A stretch of 64,000 bases of DNA from Eledone cirrhosa (GCA_964016885.1 OZ024741.1:237956001-238020000), one strand, 5' to 3'; numbered from the stretch's first letter, positions 49,154-61,820 are shown. Program-made: numbers and translations. The notes: generated by a model not told the origin, from the sequence alone.

Positions 49154-49322
49154 AAATGTAAGGTATGTTTGTGGTATATATATATATATATATGTGTGTG
49201 TAAATGTAAGGTATGTTTGTGGTGTATATATATATATATATGTGTGTGTGTAAATGTAAGGTATGTTTGTGGTGTATATATATATATATGTGTGTGTGTA
49301 AATGTAAGGTATGTTTGTGGTG

Positions 49323-49357
<35 letters not shown>

Positions 49358-49735
49358 AAATGTAAGGTATGTTTGTGGTGTATATATATATATATATATG
49401 TGTGTGTAAATGTAAGGTATGTTTGTGGTGTATATATATATATATATATATGTGTGTGTAAATGTAAGGTATGTTTGTGGTGTATATATATATATGTGTG
49501 TGTAAATGTAAGGTATGTTTGTGGTGTATATATATATATGTGTGTGTAAATGCAAGGTATGTTTGTGGTGTATATATATATATATATATGTGTGTGTAAA
49601 TGTAAGGTATGTTTGTGGTGTATATATATATATATATGTGTGTGTGTAAATGTAAGGTATGTTTGTGGTGTATATATATATATGTGTGTGTAAATGTAAG
49701 GTATGTTTGTGGTGTATATATATATATATATGTGT
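47345..49735. repeat. Compound array: constant TAAATGTAAGGTATGTTTGTGGTG plus variable (TA)n(TG)m, about 50 units
   Basis: The 24-nt core is almost invariant, while the (TA)n length differs several-fold between units. Confidence 0.97.
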
Positions 49736-50126
49736 GTATATATATATATATGTGTGTGTATATATATATATATATGTAAACACACACATATATGCATGTT
49801 TTATATATAATTCATGTCTTCATCATTGATATGAAAGGCGCATATGTGTGTATTTATGTGCATGTGTGCACATGTGTGTTTGTGTGCATGCACATGTGTG
49901 TGTGAAATGACAGTGTGGTTCTGTGTTCAAAAATAGAAACACCTAGAACTGAAATTTATTGAGATAAAAATTAAAAAAAAATAAAATGAAAGGAGAAATG
50001 GAGTGTTGTTTAAATGAAAACATTTAAATATGATAAGGGTTTGCAGTAGAATCTGATGATCTGTTAGGGATCAAGTGTCTGTTTGCTTTAAATGAAGATC
50101 CTTCCTTCATATCTAGCTATGGAGCA

Positions 50127-50459
50127 GGGGTGGGGACAGTTGTAAATAAACCAGTTACAAACTAGATCAAACTGGGTGGGGAGGTAGTTGTAATTAAGCC
50201 AGTTATAAACTAGAGCTAATTGGGGTGGTTGGGGGGTAGTTCTAATTAAACCAGTTACAAACTAGAGCTAATTGGGGTGGGTGGAGGGTAGTTGTAAACC
50301 AGAGTTTATTGGGGTAGGGGCAGGTATAATTAAACCATCACAAACTAGAGCTAATTGGAGAGTGGGGAGAGGTAATTAAGCCATTACAAACTGGATTTAA
50401 TTGGGGGAGGTTGTAATTAAACCATCACAAACTAGAGTTAACTGGGAAAGGAGCAGTTG
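50127..50459. repeat. Degenerate ~50-bp minisatellite (G-rich stretch + GTTGTAATTAAACCAGTTACAAACTAGAGCTAATT), about 7 units, resuming at 52510-52540
   Basis: The unit is visibly repeated. The last unit is split by the 50460-52509 insertion. Confidence 0.8.
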
Positions 50460-52509
50460 TGTAGAGATCTACATTCTGATGGCCATAAACAACGGAATAA
50501 CTATGTGGCAGCTTTATAGCCTTACCGATGAAAACCACCACACCTCATATTGTTTACTTCTATGCTTCACCTATTCTATTGTCTCTGTCATTATAACCGC
50601 TACAACTTCTCACTGACTCGCTACAAACGGTGACTTGAGAATTAAAACAACAGCAGCCTTCTCACTACAAACGGTGATCCAAGTTCAAACAACAACAGCC
50701 TTCTCACCACATAATGGTGAATTCGATGCTTGCAAATCTTCACTGCTGTACAAAGCTTCATGATTCATCGATGTTTCTAACGTCTGACATGATTCGAACT
50801 CACAGCCTTTCTCACCACACTATGGCGTCAGACGTGACTTGCATATTGGTGACTCTAAGTTCTTCAACGCTCGACTTTGATTCTACTGAAGATTTACTGT
50901 GACTTCGCTTCGATAGCAGCAACAACAACAACAACAACTCTACTAGCTTCCTAGTAAGAGCGATAACATTCTTATCCCAAAGAAAAGAAAAATTGAACTT
51001 TTTGTTAAAATCAATTATTATTTTTTTTTTTTTTTACAGGCAATGTTTGAACCTTTATTTCTTTTAAACTGTATAATATGAACATTCATTTTTTTTCTAT
51101 CATTGTATATATGACTGCACGCATACATTTTCTTTGCTGTATTACATGCCTGCATATGCACACATATTTCTTTGTCACACACCAACATGTTGTCTATAGT
51201 ATATGATCTTCAAGCGTCGTAATATTCTGCGAGATCCCTTTTCACCTGGTGGAGGTACCAAAACATGCTATCGACACATGCAACTTAATTCACCTGGACT
51301 CAAACAGGTACTGCAACACGAAAACTGCTAATTGCAGCAGAATTCAAACAGCTTCGCATCTCGTTGCACACTCATCGTCCTATAGCATAACAACCTCAAT
51401 CTTGTTACTTTATCCGACTCACTGGGAAAACAACAAAAGGAACTGGACCTGTCAGCATTTCCACCATTTCTCCTATGGATTCGCCAGAATTATGGAATTA
51501 CAGCTTCAACTACTACCCACCTACAGATTCAACTTGCTTTTTTCTTTTCAGAGCAACTTTAGCCATTTTTTCCTGGCTGCCTAGCACACCTAGCAATTCA
51601 TCTGGGAGGCCAACAATTTCTCGTCTACCCATCATCTTCTTAACAGCTGTTACCATAACAGCTATACAGCTCTGGTATAACATTTACCATAATATCTCTG
51701 GTATAACACTTACCATAACAGCTTCATCCACAGCTCTGGTACAACACTTACCATAACAGCTAACATTTAATGCAAGAACAGCAACTTTGCCCATGTCAGA
51801 TTTTATCCGTTTTCTGTTAGACCCCGGGTGGTTACGCATAAATAGCAAAACAGCTAGTCATTTGACACAGCGGCTCAACACGGCCCTTAGCGTCTCATTT
51901 TTCTTCTTGCATGCATTCTTTTGTTCAATTTTTTCATTGATGTGCTCTCTTGCAGCGTTTTTCCTGCTAATTCAATCTTATTTATCGCCTTCTAGGCTAA
52001 ATGGAGGGTATTGTAGTGACCTACATTCTGATGGCTCTTAAATACATTCTCCGTACGTTGTTTGGCTCAGTTCAGCCAATCGCTACCAGCGTAGGGAGAT
52101 GTATTTCAACTTCCGCCGAAAGGGAAAAATTCCCGCTTCTATTCGAAAATCTCTCTCTTGCAGCTCGACACCGTGAAAGTAAACATCTCTTGATTTCGTT
52201 CCTCAAGCATAGACAATATGTAGCAACAAATATCACTACGGGTCTGGCTAACGCCTCAGCCAGTTGACCATACCTCCTTAAACTCTTAATTTGTTTATTC
52301 ATTTATCTTGGCATGCCAGCTAAACCTTTGTAATTTGTTTGTAAATAAATTATATATTATAAACATTATAAAGTCGTATGATGCTATTTTCCACAACATT
52401 GTTTTTAACATCTTCAATGGTGACTTCTGTGATACAATACACAAATACACACATTCTCAACACATCTATATATCATCTATTAACTTCCTCCAAAGATATT
52501 ATTTCTAAA
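50460..52509 (+). mobile_element. Putative non-autonomous LTR-type element inserted into a minisatellite
   Basis: It starts TGTAG, ends CTAAA and is flanked by GTTG/GTTG. TGTAG.GA.CTACATTCTGATGGC occurs at 50460 and 52012, the second preceded by PPT-like AAATGGAGGGTA. PBS-like motifs follow CTACA at 50621. No gag or pol is recognisable. Confidence 0.6.
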
Positions 52510-52579
52510 GTTGTAACTAAACCAGTTACAGCCTAGAGCCATGTTCTGTATTAACCTGCCAATTTGGTGCAGTTTAATC

Positions 52580-52780
52580 ATTCTAATTCCAAACTGCCCA
52601 AAACTGCTTTGATTCTATGATACAAAACTGTCTATTTTAAACTGTTCATACTTACATTAAAAAAAGTTCATTATAATTTTATTTAAGAAACTTCTGTTAT
52701 GTTCCAATTACCAACTTAATAATGAGAAAGATCCTTCATTAAATGCTTTCAAATTCTTGCATTTGTTGATTTAAAGAAAG
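52580..52780 (-). mobile_element. Degraded MITE-like repeat, an inverted relative of the fragmented host element at 59490-61469
   Basis: The reverse complement contains TTAAGTTGG...GAACATAAC...AAGTTTCT...ATAAAATTATAATG and TTTTGTATCATAGAA, which also occur at 61108-61162 and 61414-61428. Confidence 0.55.
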
Positions 52781-52789
52781 TCTGACAGG

Positions 52790-53848
52790 ATTCTTCAAGA
52801 AAACTGGGTGTATATGAAAGGCTTGTGAAAGTGGTGCAAGCCATGTACAAAGATGCCATCAGTAAAGTGAGAGTTGGCAATGAGTTTAGTGCAGAATTTC
52901 ATGTGAAAATAGGTGTTCATCAAGGCTTGGTCCTCATCCTTCCTCTGTTTATTATAATTCTCCAGGCTATTATAGAGAAATTTAAAAACAGTTGTTGATG
53001 GAAACTCCTTTATGTTGACTTACTTCTCATAGCTGAATCTGTGGAAGAACTAGAGAGGAATTTCCAGATATGGAAACCAAAAATCTAGAATTAGACTTAA
53101 GGAAAGAAGAAAAGACCCTGTTGACATCAGGGAAATGGCTAAGCTCAATATGCAGAAAATGAATAGGTAGGAATTCCATTTGGTATACTCAATGCAAAAT
53201 ATGGGTACAAAAGAGATATAGTGGGATTGTTAGCAGGTTAACAGAAAAAAGTAGACTTTATAAGAGGTAGACACATGGGAGTAGTCAACAGTCAGGGCTA
53301 ATAAAATAAACTCTTTTCAATGCTTGGAAGTTTCCATAGAGGTAGCTAGAATAAAAATAGGGTGAAAAATGTTCAGGGAGCTGTTACCTTTCTGCTGACA
53401 ACAATGGGATTTTCTCTCCCAGAAAAGTTAGATTGTATATGTTCATAGTGCAATGGTGTATGGTAGTGAAACAGGTATTGAAAGCAGAGGATGTATGAAT
53501 GTTCGAAAGAAATAAAGGAAGCATGCCATGCTGGATGTGTACTGTTAGTGTACATGAGGAACAAAACACAGATAAGTTGAGAAAAATAAAACTAGCTATA
53601 AAAGCAGTCAGATGTGTGCAAGAGAGAAGACTGCACTGGTATGGACATGCAATGTATATGGATGATAGAAGCACATGGAAGTGGAAGTCAAAAGAAAAAA
53701 GTAGTGAAAGCTGATCTGAGAATGTTGAGCCTCACAAAGGAGATGACAAAAGAACACAAGTGGTGAGACACTGTTTTGGAGAGAACTCATCCAACTTATG
53801 CAAGCATAGAAGAGTAGATGTAAAAATGGTGATGATAGTAATGATGAT
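52790..53848 (+). pseudogene. Old degraded RTE LINE 3' portion, same group as 36916-37827
   Basis: RKLGVYERLVKVVQAMYKDAISKVRVGNEFSAEFHVKIGVHQG, decayed finger SGKWLSSICRK...YTQCKIWVQKR and VQERRLHWYGH. It has many stops and frameshifts, and a TGA-type tail followed by (TA)n. Confidence 0.88.
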
Positions 53849-55864
53849 ATATATATATATGTGTGTGTGTGAGTGTGAGGCATATCTTTTTGTGTATAAG
53901 TCTTAATAAATCAGAATCTAATGATTGAAACAAGTAAAAAAAGGAAAAGAATAAAATAACTGCTGTTGGGGATTTTCGATAATTTTTAATCAAGCAGAAT
54001 TTAATATATATAAAGATAATCCAATAAGTACAATGGTTTTCTGTGAACAATATTACACACAGTAGAAACATGTTTACACACATATAGATTCAACAATTCC
54101 TTGTTTGCAATGGTTTTTATGTAACCAACAACAACAACAACAAAAATATTTCTACACAATGTTCTAACAGGAAAAGAAGTTGACAAATTTATTAGTATTT
54201 TCAGTCTATATGATCCATAGTGAGTCACAGACATAAACTGAGGAGTTGGTATACTATATATATGTATATATTTGGCATAGAGTTGAAATCCTAGGTCTGA
54301 AACATCGTGTGCTAAAAAAGCACTATCTGACTAAAGATTTCAGAATCTCATCTTTTATAAGCATTTAGATTAGATAAGATGTTTGATTGTAGAATTTTGA
54401 AGTTCAGAAGGGTCTGAAGCCTATCTCTATGCTCTGTTTTCCCCCTTGAAACACAAGATCTTTATATGTGGAGGACTTTTTCAGTAGATTTATTACTTGT
54501 CGATACAGGGACACATTCTATAATGTGTTACACGAGGCCCAACCAATATAACTAATACAGACAAACTAACTCGAGATGCTAGCTAGAAGCAACGTAAAGT
54601 AAGCTATTGTAATTCATTAGTTTAACTTATATATGACAAAGCAGAAAAAGCTGGAATATATTATAGGATTATATTATTCTTTTAATGTAGAAATAGATGA
54701 AGAAGAAGGCAAGAGACTATGATAAAGGTTAAGTAGTATTATGAATTTTATCAGAAATATTTCCTTGTTTAACCTTTAACTCTTGCAAAAATAAAGCTGC
54801 ATTTTTTCTTTTATCTAATTTGTGGATACAAAAGTGTATGTATCAGGTATGGCAGCAACCAGAGCTTTAAACTTGAAACACAAATGTGTGTTCCATCTTA
54901 AACTTCAGTAAAAAAATGAATGTTTATTCATATTGAAATCTTCAATATATCTAGTTAGCATAAATACCTAAGAACAAGAACATAATTCCATCAGACTGAC
55001 TGGAAGAGGCACAAGAGTTCTTTTTTTAAAAAGCTTAATGGAATATTGTTAGTTTTAGTTTGAGCAAAACAACTGGTTACTGTTCCACCTGTTGTTAGTT
55101 TCAGATAGATTTAGAAAGAAATTATCTCCTAAGTCCATCTTTGAGTCATTGAAAAATACTCTTGTAAGAAACTAGATTCAATGAGAAATGGCAACATGAA
55201 TGAGTCATGTACAGGGGTTTCCTTGAATTTCTTTCATATAGTGTCCTTAACTCAACTGGTTCCTATATACCCCTGCCCCCCATATGGCATGCCTGTTACT
55301 ACTGTGAACATCACCAAAAATAAAAACAATTCACATTAAAAAGGAAAAAAGTAAAGTAAAAGTTCAAGGCCATGTATAATTGAATAATTCAGCTCATTAG
55401 AACTGTTTTGCCATATTTCAGTTAAGAAGGTAAAACTCACAATGAAACCCAAACCAACAAGATCTAGTTAGTATAAAGTGCTGCCATAGATAATTCTGAA
55501 CCAGCAGAATTGATTTTACAGTCATTCTGTGTATAGTCAGACATATTTTTCTTTGTGTGTGAGTGTGTTATGGTGTAGGTTAAGAATCAAAGTGACATTA
55601 ACAACTTGTATAAAGTTTACTTCCAACCATCGGTGACAATAATTTTGTCACTGGTCTTTCAAAATGGTCAAAACAATCAATCATGATGTACTGTAGAATT
55701 TTCAAACATTCCTAAGGCCTTGATCTGATATAGTTGACGATGTACACACATGCACACACACAAACAAGGACATATTTTATTATTATATTACAAAGAAAAG
55801 TGAATGCAGATTCAGTTAATGTTTGACTGTCTTTATGTATGGTTAACATAAAACCTATACATTA

Positions 55865-56403
<539 letters not shown>

Positions 56404-56530
56404 GGATATTATTAAGCAGGGAATACCTACAGACCAGGACAAAATAACCTTCTGAATTTGAGATTGATTTTATAAGATCAAAACACAAAATTATATTTAC
56501 AATGATTCTTTCCTGAAGGTTAGTCATGGC

Positions 56531-56770
56531 AGCACTGTCCCCTCACCCTGTAGGGTAGAAAGGTGAGGGAAGCACTATCCTCTTACCCTGTAGGGTAGAA
56601 AGGTGAGGGAAGCACTGTCCCCTCACCCTGTAGGGTAGAAAGGTGAGGGAAGCACTATCCTCTTACCCTGTAGGGTAGAAAGGTGAGGGAAGCACTGTCC
56701 CCTCACCATGTAGGGTAGAAAGGTGAAGGAAGCATTGTCCCCTTACCCCGTAGGGTAGAAAGGTGAGGGT
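56531..56770. repeat. 40-bp minisatellite x6, AGCACTGTCCCCTCACCCTGTAGGGTAGAAAGGTGAGGGA
   Basis: Units start at 56531, 56571, 56611, 56651, 56691 and 56731, with two alternating variants. Confidence 0.97.
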
Positions 56771-59556
56771 GTATATGAGGCGAGAATAGTATAAAAGATA
56801 GGTGTATTTTAGTTAAAGCAATCATACCATTAGTTGGTAACTGATAAAATTGCAACATGGAATAAAAGGACTCAGTAGATCAAACATAGACCAGATTGGT
56901 TGATGTTATTGTTATTATTATTATTACCACTGGTGACACAGAATCATGGACACATGAGACAGCACATTGATACAACAGTTATTTATAGATATTTCAAAGA
57001 ATGTGTATGAATACACACACACATACATATTAAATGGTTGTGTATTTGAATATATCTAAGTCGATAAATTCATAAATATACATATACACAGACATGTATA
57101 CATATATTTAAGTAGATAAATGCATAAATACACATATGCACACTTGTATACACATTAAATTGTGTTATATGTTGTATATGCACAATAGCATGCGTGTGTG
57201 TATTTGAACATATTAAATATTATAAATGTACAAATACACACATAGATACATAATTTCTTACACAATTGTTAAACACATATATAAAGACAAACACACATAA
57301 ATGTAAGAAAACATGTTTGCCAAAAATATATAGCCCACATTATATAATATAAATACATATATAAATAAAAACATGCAATGACATGGTTACACATTACTAA
57401 AGTATAAAACATCTATAAGCATATATTATGTACTCAGAAATACACATAGGTGTATTTAAGTGATTCCGTTTGAATATCTGTCTTGATGTTTGTCTGTGTG
57501 TCTGTACAATAATCATAAGCAGTAAAATTGAACAAAAGGAAAATAATAGCCATTTGTGCAGAGACAAAAAAATAAAAAAAGTAAAATGGTGCTGAAATTT
57601 TTTTTGTTATTTACTTTTTGGCTTTTTGTTTAATCAAAGACACACACACACACACACACACATACATGCAAATAAACAACCTCACTCCATCTCTCAGTCA
57701 TACACACATACTCTCTCATGTTCTCTCACACATACACATACAAACAAAGAAGAACTGATAATAATTAAAACATTTGTCTTGATATCACAGTTGAAAGGGG
57801 TTAGTGAAGATTTATGAAATAGTGTGAAATCCATGTTAGAAGCAAGCCAAGGGTTGAGAAATAGGTAAACCGACAGTGGAGCTTATTAGAGTGATGTTTT
57901 TTGTCTTGGATATTTCAGTGATTTCATATAATAATTAGCACATTAGTTATTTGCACTGCTGTACACATGGCATTGGGTTACATGAATGAATTTAAAAAAG
58001 CTTGTGGCCTGTTTGGCATATCTTTTTTTTTCAAGATGGAGTCTCTTTGAAAGAAAAACCAAATGAACAACAGTTAAGTGGTAACAATGTTACTTCAGAT
58101 AAATATATATTTCAAATGGTGTGAATTTGTGTGAGGAATCAGGGAAGTAATGGCAAAATATACTTCTTCGATATTGTATTAAAACATTTTTCATGAACAC
58201 ACCAAATGTAACGCTGGGTATAGCTATCCTTGTCCCAGGTATCTAGACATGGAAAGGGAACAGCCAGATCTATCCCTCCCATACACACATAAAAAAAATT
58301 ACAACAAATAGTCAAAGATTAATCATTTTAGGCAAATGGTCATGAAAAGTCTAATTTATATGTTAATTGGAAAAATATACAAATTAACAAAAGAAATTAA
58401 AAATTACATCATAACATTATAATTTAAATAAAAGTATGAAACTATTTAAAAAAAAAAAGACTAATAATGTAACTTTGGGATACACAGAACTACACTGTCT
58501 AAAGTGTCCTTTCCTTAATTAAGATAGCAGGATATTATTTGAGGGAAGTTTGGCTGCTATTTCTAACAGGTCAATGGTATTTGATATAAAGTGTAGTGTG
58601 GTTGTGGTGGTATGGTATTTGACAGTCTATTTGATAGTGTAGTAATGACACATATATATATATAATATAACAGTAACACCTATAATGGATAAGTTGTATT
58701 AAATATATTGCAAGAGAAATAGATTGTCAATGTAGAGTACCAGATACAACTAGATTTCTCATGGGAAACCTCAGTACATCATAGGATAATAGTATATTGT
58801 ATTGTGATTCACCAAACTGCTTCTTGGGATTTTATACAGTATCATGTGAAAATCCTTATGATAGAACAAACATGTCTACACACTCACACACATATCATAA
58901 GTATATTAAACAACTGTGTATGTGTGTACATATGTATGTGTGTATATGTATGTATGTATGAATGTATTTGTGTGTGTGTATGTATGTATATGTGTATGTA
59001 TGCGGCTTTGGAAGCATCCGATGATGTTGACCAGTTCTCCTTTTCGGGTAGTGTTTTCGATGCTCAGAGAGTGGGATTGGTCGAGTGCAAGGCCTTTCCT
59101 CACTTAAAAAGCCTTCAAAGCATAGGCATTGCTTGTTCAAGATCTATTACAGGTTTGTGTACCTGGCCATAGCCTAAAAGTGCACCAAACTCTATAATCT
59201 AACAAGCGATTACAATACTCTTAGGAGAGTTTGCAGCCATCTTGCATGCATAGATGCCTCTGTCCACTTTTTCGGTTTCTGAGGTTCATTTATCCAATTT
59301 TCTCAAGTATTATCAATAGTGATGGATTATCATTATGGTTATTTTCACACAAACACACACACATATACATGCGTGTGTGTTTGTTTCCTGGACTTCTCCA
59401 TTGTTCAATACTGTTGAGATATGTTATATACAGTTTTGTCATCTGAAAATAAAATTAAGTACAATTAACAGAGATGTTTCTGGTTAGTGAACTCATTCAT
59501 TACCATATTTCTAATGAAAGATACTGCTTATGATTTTCAAATAATTTTGAAAATAA

Positions 59557-60847
59557 CACTGCGTAACAAAGTGAAAAAAAAGTTTCATTAGCAAGAGATA
59601 ATTAGGGTGCTCTCTTTTAATATGAAGACACTTTTGCTACAACACATCTAGATTTTGATCTACAAGGTACCTCTTATAAACCAAATTTACAAAAATGAAA
59701 CGTAGCATGTAGTATGTCAAGTGTTCTTATTTGTCTTTTAAGAATGCCTTTGAATGTTCTTTTTGTGACAACCTCTAATGAGAGAGCTGTAAAAGTAGAT
59801 ATAACACATATTAGGGAAAGTTTATTTTTAAAACATTTTGATTTAAAATGTGTGTTTCAGATGTTATTGTGACTTGTATCAAATTGGTTTGAAAGTTGGA
59901 ACATTCTAAGAATGATGCTTATTTGGCTGAAACAATGCTGAGAGAATTTGGTGTTTTAGCCCAAGGAACCAAAACATGAGTGTACAGGCACCAGGAGAAG
60001 AAATGTGTTGAATTTTTTGACATATGATGAACTGGGTTTAGTTTATTGCAAGAACATTACTGGTTTGATGATGGCACTGAAAATTTCTGATGTCAAGACA
60101 GATTGGTGGTTATTCATTGATGGCTATGTTTCCAGCTTAAGGGCAGTCCTTTTCTTTGTTGGGAATGACTTCCCAGGGATTCCAGTGGGTTATTCGAGGA
60201 AGGCATAAGAGTCATACAACATTATCAACATGTTACTTTCCTTGATTAAGTATGATGATTTCAAGTGGAAAGTTGTAGGTGACTAAAATGTAAAAGGGCT
60301 GCACAAGCTTTTGCTACTTCTTGTGTTTGTGGGGCAGCTGGGCTCGAAATGAGTAATACAGTCAACAGGGTTGACCAGCATGTCATGAATGAAGATCAGG
60401 GAATAAAAGCGTTCAATATGTACCACTAATTTTACCTGGGCTAACTGTGTTTCCACCACTACAAATTAAACTTGGAATCCTCAAAGATTTTGTGAAGTCA
60501 CTGACCCCTGATGAAGCTGATCCCCACATAATGGTAGACTTTTGCTGGCTTCACTCTTGAATTCCATGCTACTGATCTCGGTAGTGATATGCCCTAACTA
60601 TTTTGTGGTAAGTTTTTTTCTAAGTGTATATTGTTATTTTAACAGTGATTAATTGTAGTTTAGTACATTAACAAATTACATGCAATGTTCACAAGATGAG
60701 GCATTTTTCTGTAACATTTTTCTGGGATATCTTGTAGATCAAAATGTAGACATGATGCAAAACGGATTCCATATTTATTAAGAGTACCCTAAAATTTATA
60801 AATATCATCTCAAGTAGAGTTTGCTAAAAATTTAGTGTCATGCAGTG
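59557..60847 (+). mobile_element. Chapaev3-like (CMC superfamily) DNA transposon relic, internally deleted
   Basis: Termini CACTG...CAGTG are flanked by TAA/TAA, with degenerate TIRs including TCTA.ATTTTGATCTACAAG. Transposase remnants are LVYCKNITGLM...WWLFIDGYVSSLRAVL...IKYDDFKWKVVGD and PPLQIKLGILKDFVKSL (about 60005-60505, with stops). Confidence 0.8.
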
Positions 60848-60888
60848 TAATCAATAATTATATTATAGGAATATAATTTTATCATTAA

Positions 60889-61107
60889 CCCTTTAGCATT
60901 TACATTACTCTATATTTACTATTGTATTTTCATGAAACAGTTTATCTTACATAATTATCTCACATAATATCGAATCTATGAGATTTTGATGTTATTTATT
61001 TTGAGAACAATACCTTAACATCAGTATGAGCACCCAGTTATGGCTGGTTTGAACAGAAAGAGGTAAGAAAATTCTGCCTGGATATGGCCAGTTTAAATGC
61101 TAAAGGG
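60889..61107. mobile_element. 219-bp piggyBac-type MITE
   Basis: Perfect 14-bp TIRs CCCTTTAGCATTTA and TAAATGCTAAAGGG, flanked by TTAA at 60885-60888 and 61108-61111. Confidence 0.88.
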
Positions 61108-61197
61108 TTAAGTTGGCATTTAGAACATAACTTAATAAAGTTTCTGACATAAAATTATAATGGAAGGTTTTAGATAAATATAAAAAATTTAAAGGGA

Positions 61198-61405
61198 GGA
61201 TTCTTTAGCTGTGTCAAAGACATGGCAACTTCTCCAGTGCTGGTACTATGATAAAATGCACTTGGTAGAACATAGAAATGTTTGTAAGTGAGATGTGTGT
61301 CTCCAGCACATCTGAGAGGTCAGTAGCTCTGCTTGAGTACTGACTTGGTTTGTGATGACCCAACCAACTCTTGCTAGCAGGGAAAACAGATATTAAATGA
61401 TGATG
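61198..61405 (+). mobile_element. Family B short retroposon with RTE-like tail
   Basis: Homologous to 35330-35605. It ends TTGCTAGCAGGGAAAACAGATATTAAATGATGATG. Another RTE-type tail lies at 61473-61513. Confidence 0.65.
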
Positions 61406-61699
61406 GGGATGACTTTTGTATCATAGAACCGGGGGTTGGTTTCAGGCAGTTTAGTATCAAAAAGGTTAAACAATGCTAACGTGGAAAATGGACGTTAAAT
61501 GATGATGATGATGAATGGTTATCAAACCTAATCTTATCATACACCAGATACATATTTCTGTTACACATTCAATAATTGTAGGGAACCATAACTCCTGAGT
61601 GCTGTGTAGCATTTTAAACCTATTGTCTACTCTCCATGTTGAAACATAGCTGATTTCTTCCAGGGAAGGAGCGAGGCAGTGAGACATAAGACATAAAGA

Positions 61700-61820
61700 A
61701 AAAATCAACCCCAAATACTGGACTGGTACTAGTTTATAGACCTTGAAAGGATGAATGACAAAGTTGATCACAGCAGGATTTGAACAGAGTGCAGAGGGTT
61801 GGAACAAATACTGCAATGTA
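61700..61820 (-). mobile_element. Degraded SINE family A
   Basis: CTGGTACT...AAGGATGAA...CAAAGTT...GGATTTGAAC is the reverse complement of the family A core and B-box. Confidence 0.7.

Noticed and set aside
47345-49735. CRISPR-like repeat-spacer appearance
   Set aside because: The spacers are only (TA)n(TG)m, there are no cas genes, and the context is eukaryotic.
41025-49797. HT-rich and YI-rich ORFs
   Set aside because: They are translations of the 41-bp and (TA)n arrays.
51020-51041. Strong splice-acceptor-like T-run + ACAG
   Set aside because: No supportable downstream exon, and it lies inside the LTR-like insert.
59000-59300. Higher-complexity island, possible exon or TE fragment
   Set aside because: No recognisable protein motif in the frames I read; it needs a BLASTx search.
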